From: Marsupella aquatica | Lineage: Eukaryota > Plantae > Marchantiophyta | NCBI GenBank assembly: GCA_973895155.1 | Contig: OZ316896.1 | Location: 1,674,001 to 1,738,000, forward strand | Length of the DNA: 64,000 nt | Direction: 5' to 3' | Shown here: in pieces, positions 23,740 through 34,750 of the stretch | Layout: each line of letters begins with the position of its first letter | Position numbering within the stretch: position 1 is the stretch's first letter | Made by a program: the position numbers and the translations under genes | The notes under the pieces: model-generated | What the model saw: the letters and a program-made list of their open reading frames with translations, nothing else | Told to the model about the DNA's origin: nothing | Databases searched by the model: none

Positions 23740-25140
23740 TTAGTTAACACTTAGCTCCGGCATCGTTGACTCCGATGCCGAGCTCCCTTATGGTCCAGGC
23801 CCGGATAGGCCATCCGGGGAGAACTTAGCATGGGGAGACTTGCAGGCAATGAGACGTGGCACTAGCGAGGCAGGAGCCAAGCTGGGGACAGTCACACACT
23901 AAGGACTTGGACTAGCTGATAGCTGATAGCTGGTCGGGCCAAGGAGAAATGGGCCGGGCTCAAGGAGGGCCGTCCGGACCTCTGGATGCACTTTGAGTTC
24001 TGAGGGCTTGAGTGTGAGCTGCTCTTGGGCCCAAGACCAATGGAATTGACGCCATGGGCAACGGACACTCGGGGCGCCCGATCCGGGTTGGGCCGGTCGG
24101 GGGCCCCGAGCGGCGATGAGACCTGAGGGCCTAGGCATGAGCATTGGGTTGGCCCGATCACAACGGGCTAAGGCACTCCGCTTGCGGATGCCTAACGAGA
24201 AAGTTATGGGTGTTGCCAGTTGGTGGCGTGTCCATTATCCACGATAGGATCCGGGTTGGGGGCCAAATGTTTAGGGACCAAAGTTGGTCCGGGGGTGGCA
24301 GGTCTCCAGAAGCATATATGAGGGGAGTGGTGTCTCCCTGGGACCAAGGGCGGGCCGAAGTCGTGAGCCGCGGCGATCGCGATATTAAGGGAAACCGTCA
24401 AACGGAAATGGCGATATATTCCCAACGGGAAGTCCGTTGGAGGACTTCTTGGGTGCGGTGGAAAGCTCTTGAGGAGGGCTACGCCCTCTTTAGCTCAGCT
24501 GGGTCTGGGGGTACCTTGGGTTCTCGGGGTTTGCGGGTGTTAACTCGCCCGCTTGCCAAATCTTGTCGAATAGCAGCCAAGCCGCATTCAGTCTCCCAAG
24601 GGAGCTTGCGTTGGGGAGGCAAGGCCAAGTATGTGTGGAGGTTGAGTACCAAGAGTGTCCGGCCCCTAGACCATCAGTGGGGCGAACCGGGAAGTGGGTT
24701 GCTAGAGTCGGGTCCATTTTGGTCCCGGCGTGTTGGGACAAGCTTGGGACAAGCTTTAGGACAAGCTACGTTATTTGGGCCATGAGCATGTCCTGAGGTC
24801 AGGGCGGTCAGTTAGTGATGGATAGGTACGAGGGGGAACCCGGGCCGCGCCCAAGGAAGGAGCTGTTCTGGACGAACAGTGGGCGTGGGTTCTGGTTCCG
24901 GCTTATGGCATCGGGAGGACCTATCGCTGACCTATCCTTGGGCCCTCACTCCGTGTAAAAGTAGTGGACCCCCTGTGATCGGGCCCTTTTCGTGTTTACC
25001 CCTTGTTATTTCCATTTTACCATTAAAAGTTCCCTTATTATCGATAATAATTATAATTATTAGTTCAAAATGAATAAAAACTACCCTTTGAGTGTTCGCA
25101 CGTCCTCCATGTATTAGTTAAGACTGAGGGCCCAGGGTGA
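23740..25140. mobile_element. GC-rich probable retroelement remnant
   Basis: Abrupt GC-rich island in AT-rich flanks with interrupted minus-strand frames. Termini not established. Confidence 0.3.
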
Positions 25141-25768
25141 CCTATTTACCAACGTCTGTTGAGCTTGAGTTAGGATGCTAGACTTGACGAGTTCTAGATC
25201 CGGAAGGGTTATTTACCGAGGTGCTTGGTTGCTTGTGCAGACAGTGAGGACCGTTGAGTAGCGATCGTGTAGGTGAGCAAGTGCGGCTTCGTATGGGAGG
25301 GGCCGCTGGTGGTGCAAGAGACACTAGAGTGCTTGCTCGAGGCATTTTGTGGAGACGTTTGGACACCAAGGGCACTTAGGCGTGAGTGCTGGGATTGGTG
25401 AGGGCACTGAGTGGCAAGGTTCACCACTCACATCTTGTTTCATGCGGATGTTGCTGACATGGCGCACTGTGGAGTCTCGAATTTTGGAAGGGACCTCTAG
25501 TGGGGTCTGTAAAGAGATGATAAACGACAAAGTTTCATTAATCTTGGGGTTCCATAGAAGTTACTTGGTCGTAGGAGCCTATCAGTTCAAACCCAAATGG
25601 AATCGTCATATTTGTTATTCGATCCGATGTTCCTGCCAAGTGGGTTTTGCATAATATTACAGTAGTTCTTAAAGCATACTTAGTCTGATCACGCACCTAA
25701 TTGATATTTATCTATGCCTAAACTAATCAAACCTTAATTATAATATTAAGAAAGATGTTATATTATTA

Positions 25769-26135
25769 CCAACGTCATGCTTGACAAAGATTTCGATTGT
25801 CGCTTGGGTGATTTTGGACTGGCAAGATTGTCTGACCACCACACCACACCACCCATACAGCAGTTCTGGCAGGGACCCTAGGATATATGGCTCCAGAGCT
25901 TTTTTACACTTTGAAAGCCACAGAGAAAACTGATGTGTACAGCTTGGGAGCAATGGTGCTTGAGGTGGCTATAAGTAATAAATCTAATACGTGCAGCAGA
26001 AGGTTGGAACTGATAACATTTTACTTGTAAATTGGGTTGTGGGACCTTTGCGGAAACTACACATTCTTGGACGCCGAGATTTACGACTACAAAATTCATA
26101 TGATCGGGGCAAGATGATCATGTTCTTGAAGATTG
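25769..26135 (+). pseudogene. Fragment of LecRK kinase domain (subdomains VIb-XI)
   Basis: Clear nucleotide copy of 29145-29516 (NVMLDKDF.CRLGDFGLARLSDH...GYMAPELF...MFLKI) with small indels. Confidence 0.92.
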
Positions 26136-26249
26136 TCCTAGCCTGTTGCCTAAGTTCCACGCAACCCATCACCCAGCCGGCCTCAGTTGAGGCAGTATAT
26201 GTCTGTTACAAGCTCTGACTTGATCACAAGGTTTTATTTCACAGATTTT

Positions 26250-26373
26250 TTAGGATCTTTATAAAGTAATGAAATGGAACTCAAAACAAAATAAGTATTA
26301 AATTTTTCTATTTAGGATCTTTATAAAGTAATGAAATGGAACTCAAAACAAAATAAGTATTAACTTTTTCTAT
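26250..26373. repeat. 62-bp tandem duplication
   Basis: TTAGGATCTTTATAAAGTAATGAAATGGAACTCAAAAC... occurs twice. Confidence 0.9.
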
Positions 26374-26699
26374 TATCAGGGTGAGTCAGTCTAGGGATCT
26401 GGTTCAATGCCAAGCTATGTGCGCCAGTCTTTTGTTAATCCACTGCATGAGGCATTCCCACAATTGGCCGTGTGTGCTTTAGTAGTATGTGATAATTTGA
26501 TGCTGAACGGGTGAGAGAGCCCTCTGGAATTGTTAGATGTCCAGGATCCTTCGAATTAATTCAGCAATTTGTGAGAAAATTGCAAAGCTCATCAGCGTGT
26601 GAGTCGGAAATGGATTGAGCCGGCCTGCAAGCTGCTGGTTGTTGCTCTATCAGTCCAACTGACCAAATTTGTAGGGCATAAGAGAATGTAGAGAAGAAA

Positions 26700-26830
26700 A
26701 TTGATTCTCTCCTCGGGAAGTACATCCAATTTCGAATCGCCAATATCCTCTTCATTCTTCCTCGGGACGTAACATCCAATTGATTCTCTCCTCGGGACGT
26801 AACATCCAATTGATTCTCTCCTCGGGACAT
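26700..26830. repeat. 30-bp minisatellite
   Basis: ATTGATTCTCTCCTCGGGACGTAACATCCA-type units, about 4 copies, some degenerate. Confidence 0.85.
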
Positions 26831-27550
26831 AATATCCTGCTACTCCGTGTTCATCGAACAGTTTTGATAAACGTAAATTACTTGTCTTACTAGCCCCAGC
26901 GCATCAGGCAACAACATGCACCTCATGTAGCACGTCGATCTGCTGGCACATTTCACGAAAATGCATTGATGTTCGGTGGATGCTGAAGCATAACTAATAT
27001 TGCTGGGAGGATGCAAGGTTTTAGAGTCGACAAACTAAATAAGCATTAAATACGCTGGAAGTCACCTGAATCTTGCTGAGCTCAGTTCTGGAATACGGCC
27101 ATTGGCACCATTGATATATTTGCCGTCTTCAGGGGCTGTTTGCCTCTAAATAAGCTTTCGGTCAATTTCTTAAGAGTAATGTCGTGCGTGACTTGTAAGT
27201 TGTTTGGGGCCGGTGTTTCACGAGGTTGCTATACCCTAGCCTGCAGCACACTAGAAAAATTTGCGTAAATTGCGTGACTGTACACAAACTGATTCACAGA
27301 AAATCTTACATAGGACTAGTCTAGAGATACAAGTCATTCCAGCTTTGCAACGAGCTTATTGGACCCGCGTTGAGTTGTGTACTGTAGATCAATCAACACG
27401 TCTTGTGCTCTGTATGTTATGTGAATAGAGTGTACCTTGCGCGTTCACTTTGAGCTCTCAATTGTCATTGACTTGCTATGCTGTGACAATCGATCCCGAT
27501 GGATTGATAACAACCGTTTGGTCTGAGTATCCTTAAATATCTGGAGCAGT

Positions 27551-29824
27551 ATGAGTTTTCCCAAGGGCAGGAGCGTTGCTTGTACACTTCCTCGGCATTT
27601 TGAATTCCTCTTCTTCGCCCTCGTGATTTTTAGTTCGTCGGTTGCACTGGGACAGTCCCCTGCCGTCTTTCATTACGGTAACAGCTTCCAGACGAGTGAT
27701 GGCGTGAACATAACCCTTACAGTACCATATGCTCCAAACATTAGGATTAGTGAAATCCACGATGTCAACTTGACGTGTCATGCTGATTTTCATCTCGTTA
27801 ATACCAGTCTTGTGCTGACCAGTCGGGTAGGAATGACTAAGGGCAGTTTTTCAGGGAGGTGCTTCTACAACATGCCCGTCCAGCTTAGTCCTTTCTGCAC
27901 TTCGTTTACTGCGAACTCTTTCAGCACAATGTTTCAAGTCGCGATAAGTTCCCAATTGAATTCGTCTCTGGACCACAGACTAGGTTTCGTCCTGATGGCC
28001 GATAACTCCACGCAGGATGAGGGTTGCTGGGATCTGAATCACACCTTCAATGGGCAGGCCTCGTCGAACGGTCGTTGCTTTGCCGTCGCTGAAATCAAAT
28101 TCTTCCACGATGATCCATACACCTTCTCTGTTGGTGCAGCCCCAAATTTTACCCGCGTTCCATGGAGCGACTATAGTGATGCCGAGTTCCTTTCGTTACG
28201 AGTGTGGATACAATACCACGGTGACGCTAAGATTCTAGAAGTATTTATTACTGGGGGGTTCAAGAGTGGCATGCTAGGAAATTTTCCTCCCAAGCCCACG
28301 CTGCCAATCATTTCCACTGCTGTAGATCTGACCGAACGAGTGAACTCAAATTTCTCTCTATTCGGCCTCTCGACGCTGTTTGTGGGATTTTCGGTGTCCG
28401 GGAATTCCTCTGCGTCTGCGTTGGATCCGAGCAATAGTGACGTTCAGTACATGATCGATGCGTGGACTTTCAATTCCAACGGGTTCGCTCCAGACTTTGA
28501 CTATGTAACGCCGTCAGACCAAGGGTCTGGCAGCATCCACGACCTCAAACCTATTACTGCCGTTATTGCTTTACACTTTGGTTTCCTTCTCGTGTACATC
28601 GTGTATTTACTCTACAAGCAATATTCTCGACTGATTGCACTTGGTAAGAAATACGAGATAGAACACGGCGTACTCGATCGAGGTCCCCAAACGTTCAAGT
28701 ACGCAGCGCTCCATACTGCAACGAAGGGATTCAGCTCGAACCAACTGTTGGAGAGGGGTGGCTTCGGTTCGGTTTACAAAGGTCAATTAGTGCTCAAGGG
28801 CGATAAAAGTCCAATCAGTATAGCAGTGAAACGAATTTCTTCCACCTCAAGCCAAGGTGCTCAAGAGTTCTTGGCCGAGGTGAGGATCATTGGTCAAGCG
28901 CAACACCGAAACCTGGTGAGGTTATTAGGTTGGTGCCACGAAAAGGGCGAACTATTACTTGTTTATGATTACATGCCTAACGGAAGCGTGGACCACCACC
29001 TGTTCAGGGACACAAGTGATGCCGTGGGTGATCCTATCCTGACGTGGTCGAGAAGGTTGAGGATTATGAGCGGCGTAGCGGCAGCCCTCACCTATTTGCA
29101 CGAGGAATGGGAAAAACGCGTTTTCCACAGGGACGTCAAATGCTCCAACGTCATGCTCGACAAAGATTTTAATTGTCGCTTGGGTGATTTTGGACTTGCA
29201 AGGTTGTCTGACCACGACACCGCACCACCCAGTACAGCAGTTCTGGCAGGGATCCGAGGATATATGGCTCCAGAGCTTTTTTACACTCTGAAAGCCACAG
29301 AGAAAACTGATGTGTACAGCTTCGGAACAATGGTGCTCGAGGTAGCCACGGGTAAGAAATCTTTACTATGTGCAGCAGACAGGGCTGGAACGGATCACAT
29401 TTTACTTGTAGATTGGGTGTGGGATCTTTATGGGAATGACACATTGTTGGACGCAGCCGATTGCCGACTACAAAATTCATATGATCGGGGCGAGATGGTC
29501 ATGTTCTTGAAGATTGGGCTTCTGTGCTCCCATCCCGACCCAAACGAAAGACCGTGCATGAGGGAGGTCGTCAATATCTGGAAAGGGTTGAGTCCCTTTC
29601 CACCATTGCCACTCTCGAAACCAGTCCCTTTTCAAACGTTGGCTACGGATGGCCTTGAGTTCCGTTCAGGGTCTACGGGGACGATATACAGCGCACCGAC
29701 GACGCCTTCAATTGAAGATGGCGAGTCAACTTTGGCTGAGAAACCTGATAATGGGCAAGAAAGTGGTGATCCAAGGTCGACGTTGCGTTTGAGGCCACGC
29801 CCTATTGCATCCCTCCCCTACTAA
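27551..29824 (+). CDS. LecRK: L-type lectin receptor-like kinase (757 aa, single exon)
   Basis: Signal-like hydrophobic N-terminus, legume-lectin features (SFSTMF, RVWIQY, FVGFS, WTFNS), TM helix, GPQTFKYAALHTATKGFS, IAVKR, HRNLVRLLGWCHEKGELLLVYDYMPNGS, HRDVK, DFG, APE. Confidence 0.95.
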   Translation: MSFPKGRSVACTLPRHFEFLFFALVIFSSSVALGQSPAVFHYGNSFQTSDGVNITLTVPYAPNIRISEIHDVNLTCHADFHLVNTSLVLTSRVGMTKGSFSGRCFYNMPVQLSPFCTSFTANSFSTMFQVAISSQLNSSLDHRLGFVLMADNSTQDEGCWDLNHTFNGQASSNGRCFAVAEIKFFHDDPYTFSVGAAPNFTRVPWSDYSDAEFLSLRVWIQYHGDAKILEVFITGGFKSGMLGNFPPKPTLPIISTAVDLTERVNSNFSLFGLSTLFVGFSVSGNSSASALDPSNSDVQYMIDAWTFNSNGFAPDFDYVTPSDQGSGSIHDLKPITAVIALHFGFLLVYIVYLLYKQYSRLIALGKKYEIEHGVLDRGPQTFKYAALHTATKGFSSNQLLERGGFGSVYKGQLVLKGDKSPISIAVKRISSTSSQGAQEFLAEVRIIGQAQHRNLVRLLGWCHEKGELLLVYDYMPNGSVDHHLFRDTSDAVGDPILTWSRRLRIMSGVAAALTYLHEEWEKRVFHRDVKCSNVMLDKDFNCRLGDFGLARLSDHDTAPPSTAVLAGIRGYMAPELFYTLKATEKTDVYSFGTMVLEVATGKKSLLCAADRAGTDHILLVDWVWDLYGNDTLLDAADCRLQNSYDRGEMVMFLKIGLLCSHPDPNERPCMREVVNIWKGLSPFPPLPLSKPVPFQTLATDGLEFRSGSTGTIYSAPTTPSIEDGESTLAEKPDNGQESGDPRSTLRLRPRPIASLPY

Positions 29825-31809
29825 TCCTCACAACCTACTAGCCCTCTTAATTAGCTCTTATTAGATATTTCGCGCGTCCATGATCAGTTAGGAGATGGAT
29901 GCTTATTGATCATTTACCATACCGTAGATTCAAGTCAACCATAAGATGATCAATCTGCTCTCGAGCACGTCTCTAATAGATTTGCAAATTTTGAGTGTGT
30001 TGTCGAGTCAATCATAGTCAATCACAGACACATCAAAGGTTCGTGGGCCCTACACATATCCATCTAATGACATCTGGAGAGTGTCCAGAGCTAACTGTGC
30101 TGTTGTTTGATGTAAAAAGAAACTCGACCCAAAACTAGAAAAAGTACCATGTGGATCAATAATGTAGATTGGTCCCTGAAATTAGTTTAGATAGACCGAG
30201 GATACTTTGGGATGTCTCTAATGAATGTGGGCAGAGCTCTGGCAGAGAGCTCTCAAATCAATGCCAGGATGTCTGTTTCTTTCGTTTTTTATGCGGCACA
30301 CCCCAAAGAAATTCATACCAGTATCATTCGATTTGGCCAGGATCTGCTATCATTGATTGAGGGCTCGATGTACATCAATGGGTGTGTGGCTTATAGCCTG
30401 TTTGGATATCACATGATGTTATTGTGCTCAGTTTGTATGGCTACTAGGAGAATTTTAGGGGTTTAGATTTGTCTGAGTGCTGGGGCAGTGAACTTAAGTT
30501 TCCTGTAAAGTCTTGGCTGTATGATTCTAAATTATTCGTTGGTGAGAGTAAGTTCACTACTTTGGTTTAATTACTGTCCTTCCCTGGATCGTCTTTCACG
30601 TTGTATTTGTGTAGTATTCAAGTTTCAGATTGGTTCTAACGTATTTGAAACTGGACGCCAATTCTCTATGTTGTCTGGTTTGATGACTAGTCTGCTAGAC
30701 TGCTTGTGACAGCCAGTCCGTCGCTGTGAATTGAGGTTTTCCTACAGATGCTTCATGCTGACAATTGATGCTTGAGGTTTTGAGTGCTGAGAATTGTTTG
30801 TGTTATGAAAAGGGCGGAAACGCTTCCTTAAGTGACTCAATGCGGACCATTATTGTACTGTAGTGGCAACAAATGATGGATTTCAAGCAGCCATACTCGT
30901 CTTCAACTTAAGGAATTGATCGTTAATTAGAGACTCTCTACTTCTGTAATCGGAAAAACGCACAGCACAAGAGGGAACATGCTAAATGCCCGCCTTAAAA
31001 CTTCGCATTCAATACCATTTCGAAGCTTCATGCACCGAAAAAATTGTTGAGAAGGATTTGTGTTTCACGTTCCCTGGAAAGCTGTCTGTGGATGATTCTG
31101 GTGTTTCTCTGAAAGTTGGTAAATGGAATTGGACGACATCAATGTAGAGGGACTCACTGATTTGGAGAAGCTTTCCACGCTATGCATGAGCTCGACGCTC
31201 GACATATCTGACACATTTTATACAACTGGAGGAGAACAATCAAAATAAGGTCCAAATGGTAATTCTTTTCTACATGGATTGTTACAGGCAGAAACAAATC
31301 TAAGTTTGCCTTTTTTCGCGTTGGCAGGGCCAGGCGGAGGAACGTAGAAAATCAAACAAAAACGCCACACCTGCCTGCACAGAGAAGGTTGGATTTTGAA
31401 GCGTGAAAGAAGATTAGAGGGGCAACGTCTGCTTTATGGATCACGAAGGTTGTCCTGGAAAAGGTGCATGCACTCCTTTGAAGAATAGGCTTCGACAAAA
31501 AGTATAAGAACTTCATGGATGCTGTGCCTCTATCTAAAGTACTTGAGAAAGAAAAAAAAACACGATTTGTTACGAACATTTGATTCTTTTAGTTTGCTGT
31601 CAAATACATTAAAGATCATTGCACAACGATAGAACACCAATAATGAAGAAGTATCATGAAGGTCCAAAAAAGGTCACCCAAATGACCTAAACCCTAATCT
31701 ACCATGTATGAACATTGAATTCTACAATATTTGTTCTGGCCACCAACCAAGAACAACAGGGGTTGCCGGGCTCAATACAACCTCTTCTTCCAACTGTACA
31801 CTGAAAACT

Positions 31810-31904
31810 GGCAACACGCTACTAGGAGAAGACTGTAAAAGCTACCATGAGCGAGAGGCAACACGCTACTAGGAGAAGACTGTAAAAGCTACCATGAGCG
31901 AGAG
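31810..31904. repeat. 48-bp tandem duplication
   Basis: GGCAACACGCTACTAGGAGAAGACTGTAAAAGCTACCATGAGCGAGA occurs twice, just past the stop of the Myb-like gene. Confidence 0.9.
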
Positions 31905-31933
31905 CGGAGTCAGGGATCACTTCAGAGGAGACA

Positions 31934-32875
31934 TCAGCTCAAAATTGTGGACGCTTTCTCCAATCTTCTTTTGGCCACTCTCGCCCTTATTTCATCAAGC
32001 TCTTCCTCCTTCCGCAACCTGATATACTCTTTGTTGAGCTCCCGGTCCCGTTCGTCTACCTCGGTCGCAAACAATTGCAGAAGGAACTGGTCTTTGAGAA
32101 TCTTCGTCTTTTCGAATTTCGCTCGGGCCAGTTCACTTGCTGCTCTTGCTTGAGCCATTCTCCCAGACTCGACCTGCGCCTCCGTTTCTGGAGCCTCCTT
32201 GGCTGCTCCATTACCTTCAAGTAGAGGTGGCTTGGATATGTTATCAAAAGAGGGGGCTCCTCCGTTCCCTTCAAGAAGCGGTTGTTGGGACATATTTGCA
32301 AAAGTGGGCGGCTCCGCTTCATCTTGAATTCCTCTATCAACTTCGCGAATAGGGAACTCCTGGGTCGGTGCAGCACTGGAAGAACTCTCTGCCTCCTCCG
32401 AGCTTCTCCTCCGCTTCCCCGGTTTCTTGCTCGGTTCTCCTACCTTGACCAGTTGTGCTTCTCCTAAGGTGGCCCACTTGGGATGCTCTTTCAGAATCTC
32501 CCAGCAGTGAAGAAACTTGAACTCCTCCTGTTTGGCATTGAGTGGCGCCGTTTGGTAGAGCTCCAATGCCTTCGCAATCACGTCTTTCCTACTCGTACCC
32601 GACTCGTCCAGCGGCTTCACAGAGTCGTAGAAATCACCGAATTTCGACACCTCCCCTTTGATCAGACTCCATTTCGACTCCAAGCTCCTAACCGGCCGAA
32701 CTTCCGATCCAGGAGGCGTGCTCTCGTTGTAGTGGGCAGCGACTCTCTCCCAAAACGCCGCAAGCTTGTGCCCTGTTCCGCCTGCGATTCGATCGTATCC
32801 ATGCCCAATGTGCAGAAACGATCGACAGAGCTGCTCCTCGTCCTGTTTGGAATAGTTTTTCCCCCTTCCAACCAT
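31934..32875 (-). CDS. Harbinger-type Myb/SANT-like protein with NAM-associated domain (313 aa from the first ATG)
   Basis: RGKNYSKQDEEQLCRSFL...FWERV...RSLESKWSLIK trihelix pattern, FKFLHCWEILKEHPKW, NLS KKPGKRRR, C-terminal coiled coil. Confidence 0.85.
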   Translation of the reverse strand: MVGRGKNYSKQDEEQLCRSFLHIGHGYDRIAGGTGHKLAAFWERVAAHYNESTPPGSEVRPVRSLESKWSLIKGEVSKFGDFYDSVKPLDESGTSRKDVIAKALELYQTAPLNAKQEEFKFLHCWEILKEHPKWATLGEAQLVKVGEPSKKPGKRRRSSEEAESSSSAAPTQEFPIREVDRGIQDEAEPPTFANMSQQPLLEGNGGAPSFDNISKPPLLEGNGAAKEAPETEAQVESGRMAQARAASELARAKFEKTKILKDQFLLQLFATEVDERDRELNKEYIRLRKEEELDEIRARVAKRRLEKASTILS

Positions 32876-33145
32876 GGCTTCTGCGCAACAAAATCGACGC
32901 TCCACGGAGGGTGATCGATGGGGGAGCGATGGTGCACCCGCAAGCGCGCACTGTATATCTCAACTCGTGTACCTTGTGCTGTGGGCTATGGCGGGCTCCT
33001 CAAACGGCCGCACTTTGCCGGCCGGAGGCCAACAATCCCGATTTTCCCGCTCCGGTAACAAGCGCGAAATTTACGTTGCTGCGCTGGATATTCCTTTTTG
33101 CATGCTTGGTGCATTCCTTCCAGGATCTATTTACAGTATGCAAGG

Positions 33146-34300
33146 CTTTCATGTTTTTGACACTGCTGTAATGTCAATACACCTTATTATGTCATTACAG
33201 TTCAGTATTTTATCTTACAATTTCATGTTTATGACAGTGCTATAATGTCAACACACCTTACCATGTGACTACAGCTTTCAGTATTTTGTGTTACAATTTC
33301 ATGTTTTTGACAATACACCTTATTATGTCACTACAGTTTTCAGTATTTTATCTTACAATTTTATGTTTCTAACACTGCTATAATGTCAACACACCTTATT
33401 ATGTCCCTACACCTTTCAGTATTTTGTGTTACAATTTCATGTTTTTGGCACTGCTATAGTGTCAACACACCTTATTATGTCACTACACCTTATTATGTCA
33501 GTGCACCTTTCAGTATTTTGCCTTACAATTTTTAAGTACTTTGCCCCTCAAGATGTCTGAATTGTTATGACAATATTCCTTGGAAATGGGTTTTACCATG
33601 AAACCCCACGGGAAATGGGAAACAGACAGCCCAATAGAGGCAAAAAGAGCAGAATCCCAAGAGGCCAAAGACCTTACAACCAGCGATAGAGTTACACATC
33701 ACAGGACCAATCAAGGCCTCTCGCCCACACAACCAAAAACCAACCCGCAACCCCCACTGAGCGGGACATGGAACCGACAGAGCATCCCAGCTTCATCCTC
33801 CAAGTCAACCAATAGGGTCGACTGAAATCACACGGCAACCCCCAACCACCAACCACCAGCTGCGGTGCGTATCAATCCAGCCCTTGGCTTGGAGAAGACA
33901 CGACCGTTTCCTCCCAAAGGGGGCCCGCCGGCTCGCAGCCAAGAGGTGGTCAGCCACCTCAGAAAGCACCAACCCATAATCAAAAATCCTGCCACTCCCA
34001 GGCCTAAACATATGCGCATTTTGGCCGAGCCAGAGTTGCCATAAAACCTGGTAAAGCACAAATAACTTGGCTGCGCTCGCTCTGTCTCTTCCCCTCTAAT
34101 GTCAACACACCTTTTTACCATGTTACACCTTATTATGTCACTACAATTTTCAGTATTTTATCTTACAATTTCATGTTTTTGACGGTGCTATAATGTCAAC
34201 ACACCTTACCATGTGACTACAGCTTTCAGTATTAATTTTGTCTTACAATTTTTAAGTACTTTGCCACTAAAGGTGTTTGAATTGACATGACAACATTGTC
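33146..34300. repeat. ~66-bp AT-rich minisatellite in two blocks (33146-33580, 34095-34300) split by a GC-richer ~0.5-kb insert
   Basis: Repeated TTTCATGTTTTTGACA..GCTATAATGTCAACACACCTTATTATGTCACTACA..TTTCAGTATTTT. Both blocks end in TTTTAAGTACTTTGCC. Confidence 0.9.
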
Positions 34301-34419
34301 ACAGTTTTTGGTGATATGGATGACAAGTTCACAAAAGTAGTGTCCTATTTGTAATACAATAAAATAATGTCAATATTGAAAATTCAAACATTTGTATTTT
34401 AGGATTTACTCTTAGGTCT

Positions 34420-34750
34420 AGAGTAACGGCTGTACCGTAGTTAAGGCTAACCTTAGTTGCAGACTTGGTTAGGTTAGTCATGTTGTGCACACTCTATACC
34501 CATTCAAGCGGTGTTGGCTTGGAGAGTGAGGAACTTAGGCTCATTGTTACGGAGCTAGTTGAGAGATAGGGAGAGCTTGTGTTGTGGATGCTTGGTATGC
34601 ATGGCCGGTCGGCCTAGAATTCAGTAAAGCTCTTGTGTGCTCCCGTGGACGTAGCCTCATGTGGAGGTGAACCACGTATCTCTCTATGTCGACTCTTGTG
34701 CGTTGGATGGTTCATGGGCTTGTCATTGCGATTGTCGTCAATGCTCAACA
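34420..34750 (+). mobile_element. LTR remnant
   Basis: GTGGACGTAGCC...GGTGAACCACGTA motif of the kind common in plant LTRs. Ends ...CAACA. Left boundary and TSD not found. Confidence 0.4.

Noticed and set aside
24144-24785. 213-aa plus-strand ORF
   Set aside because: Non-ATG start, G/R/W-rich composition typical of a GC-rich shadow frame, no motif.
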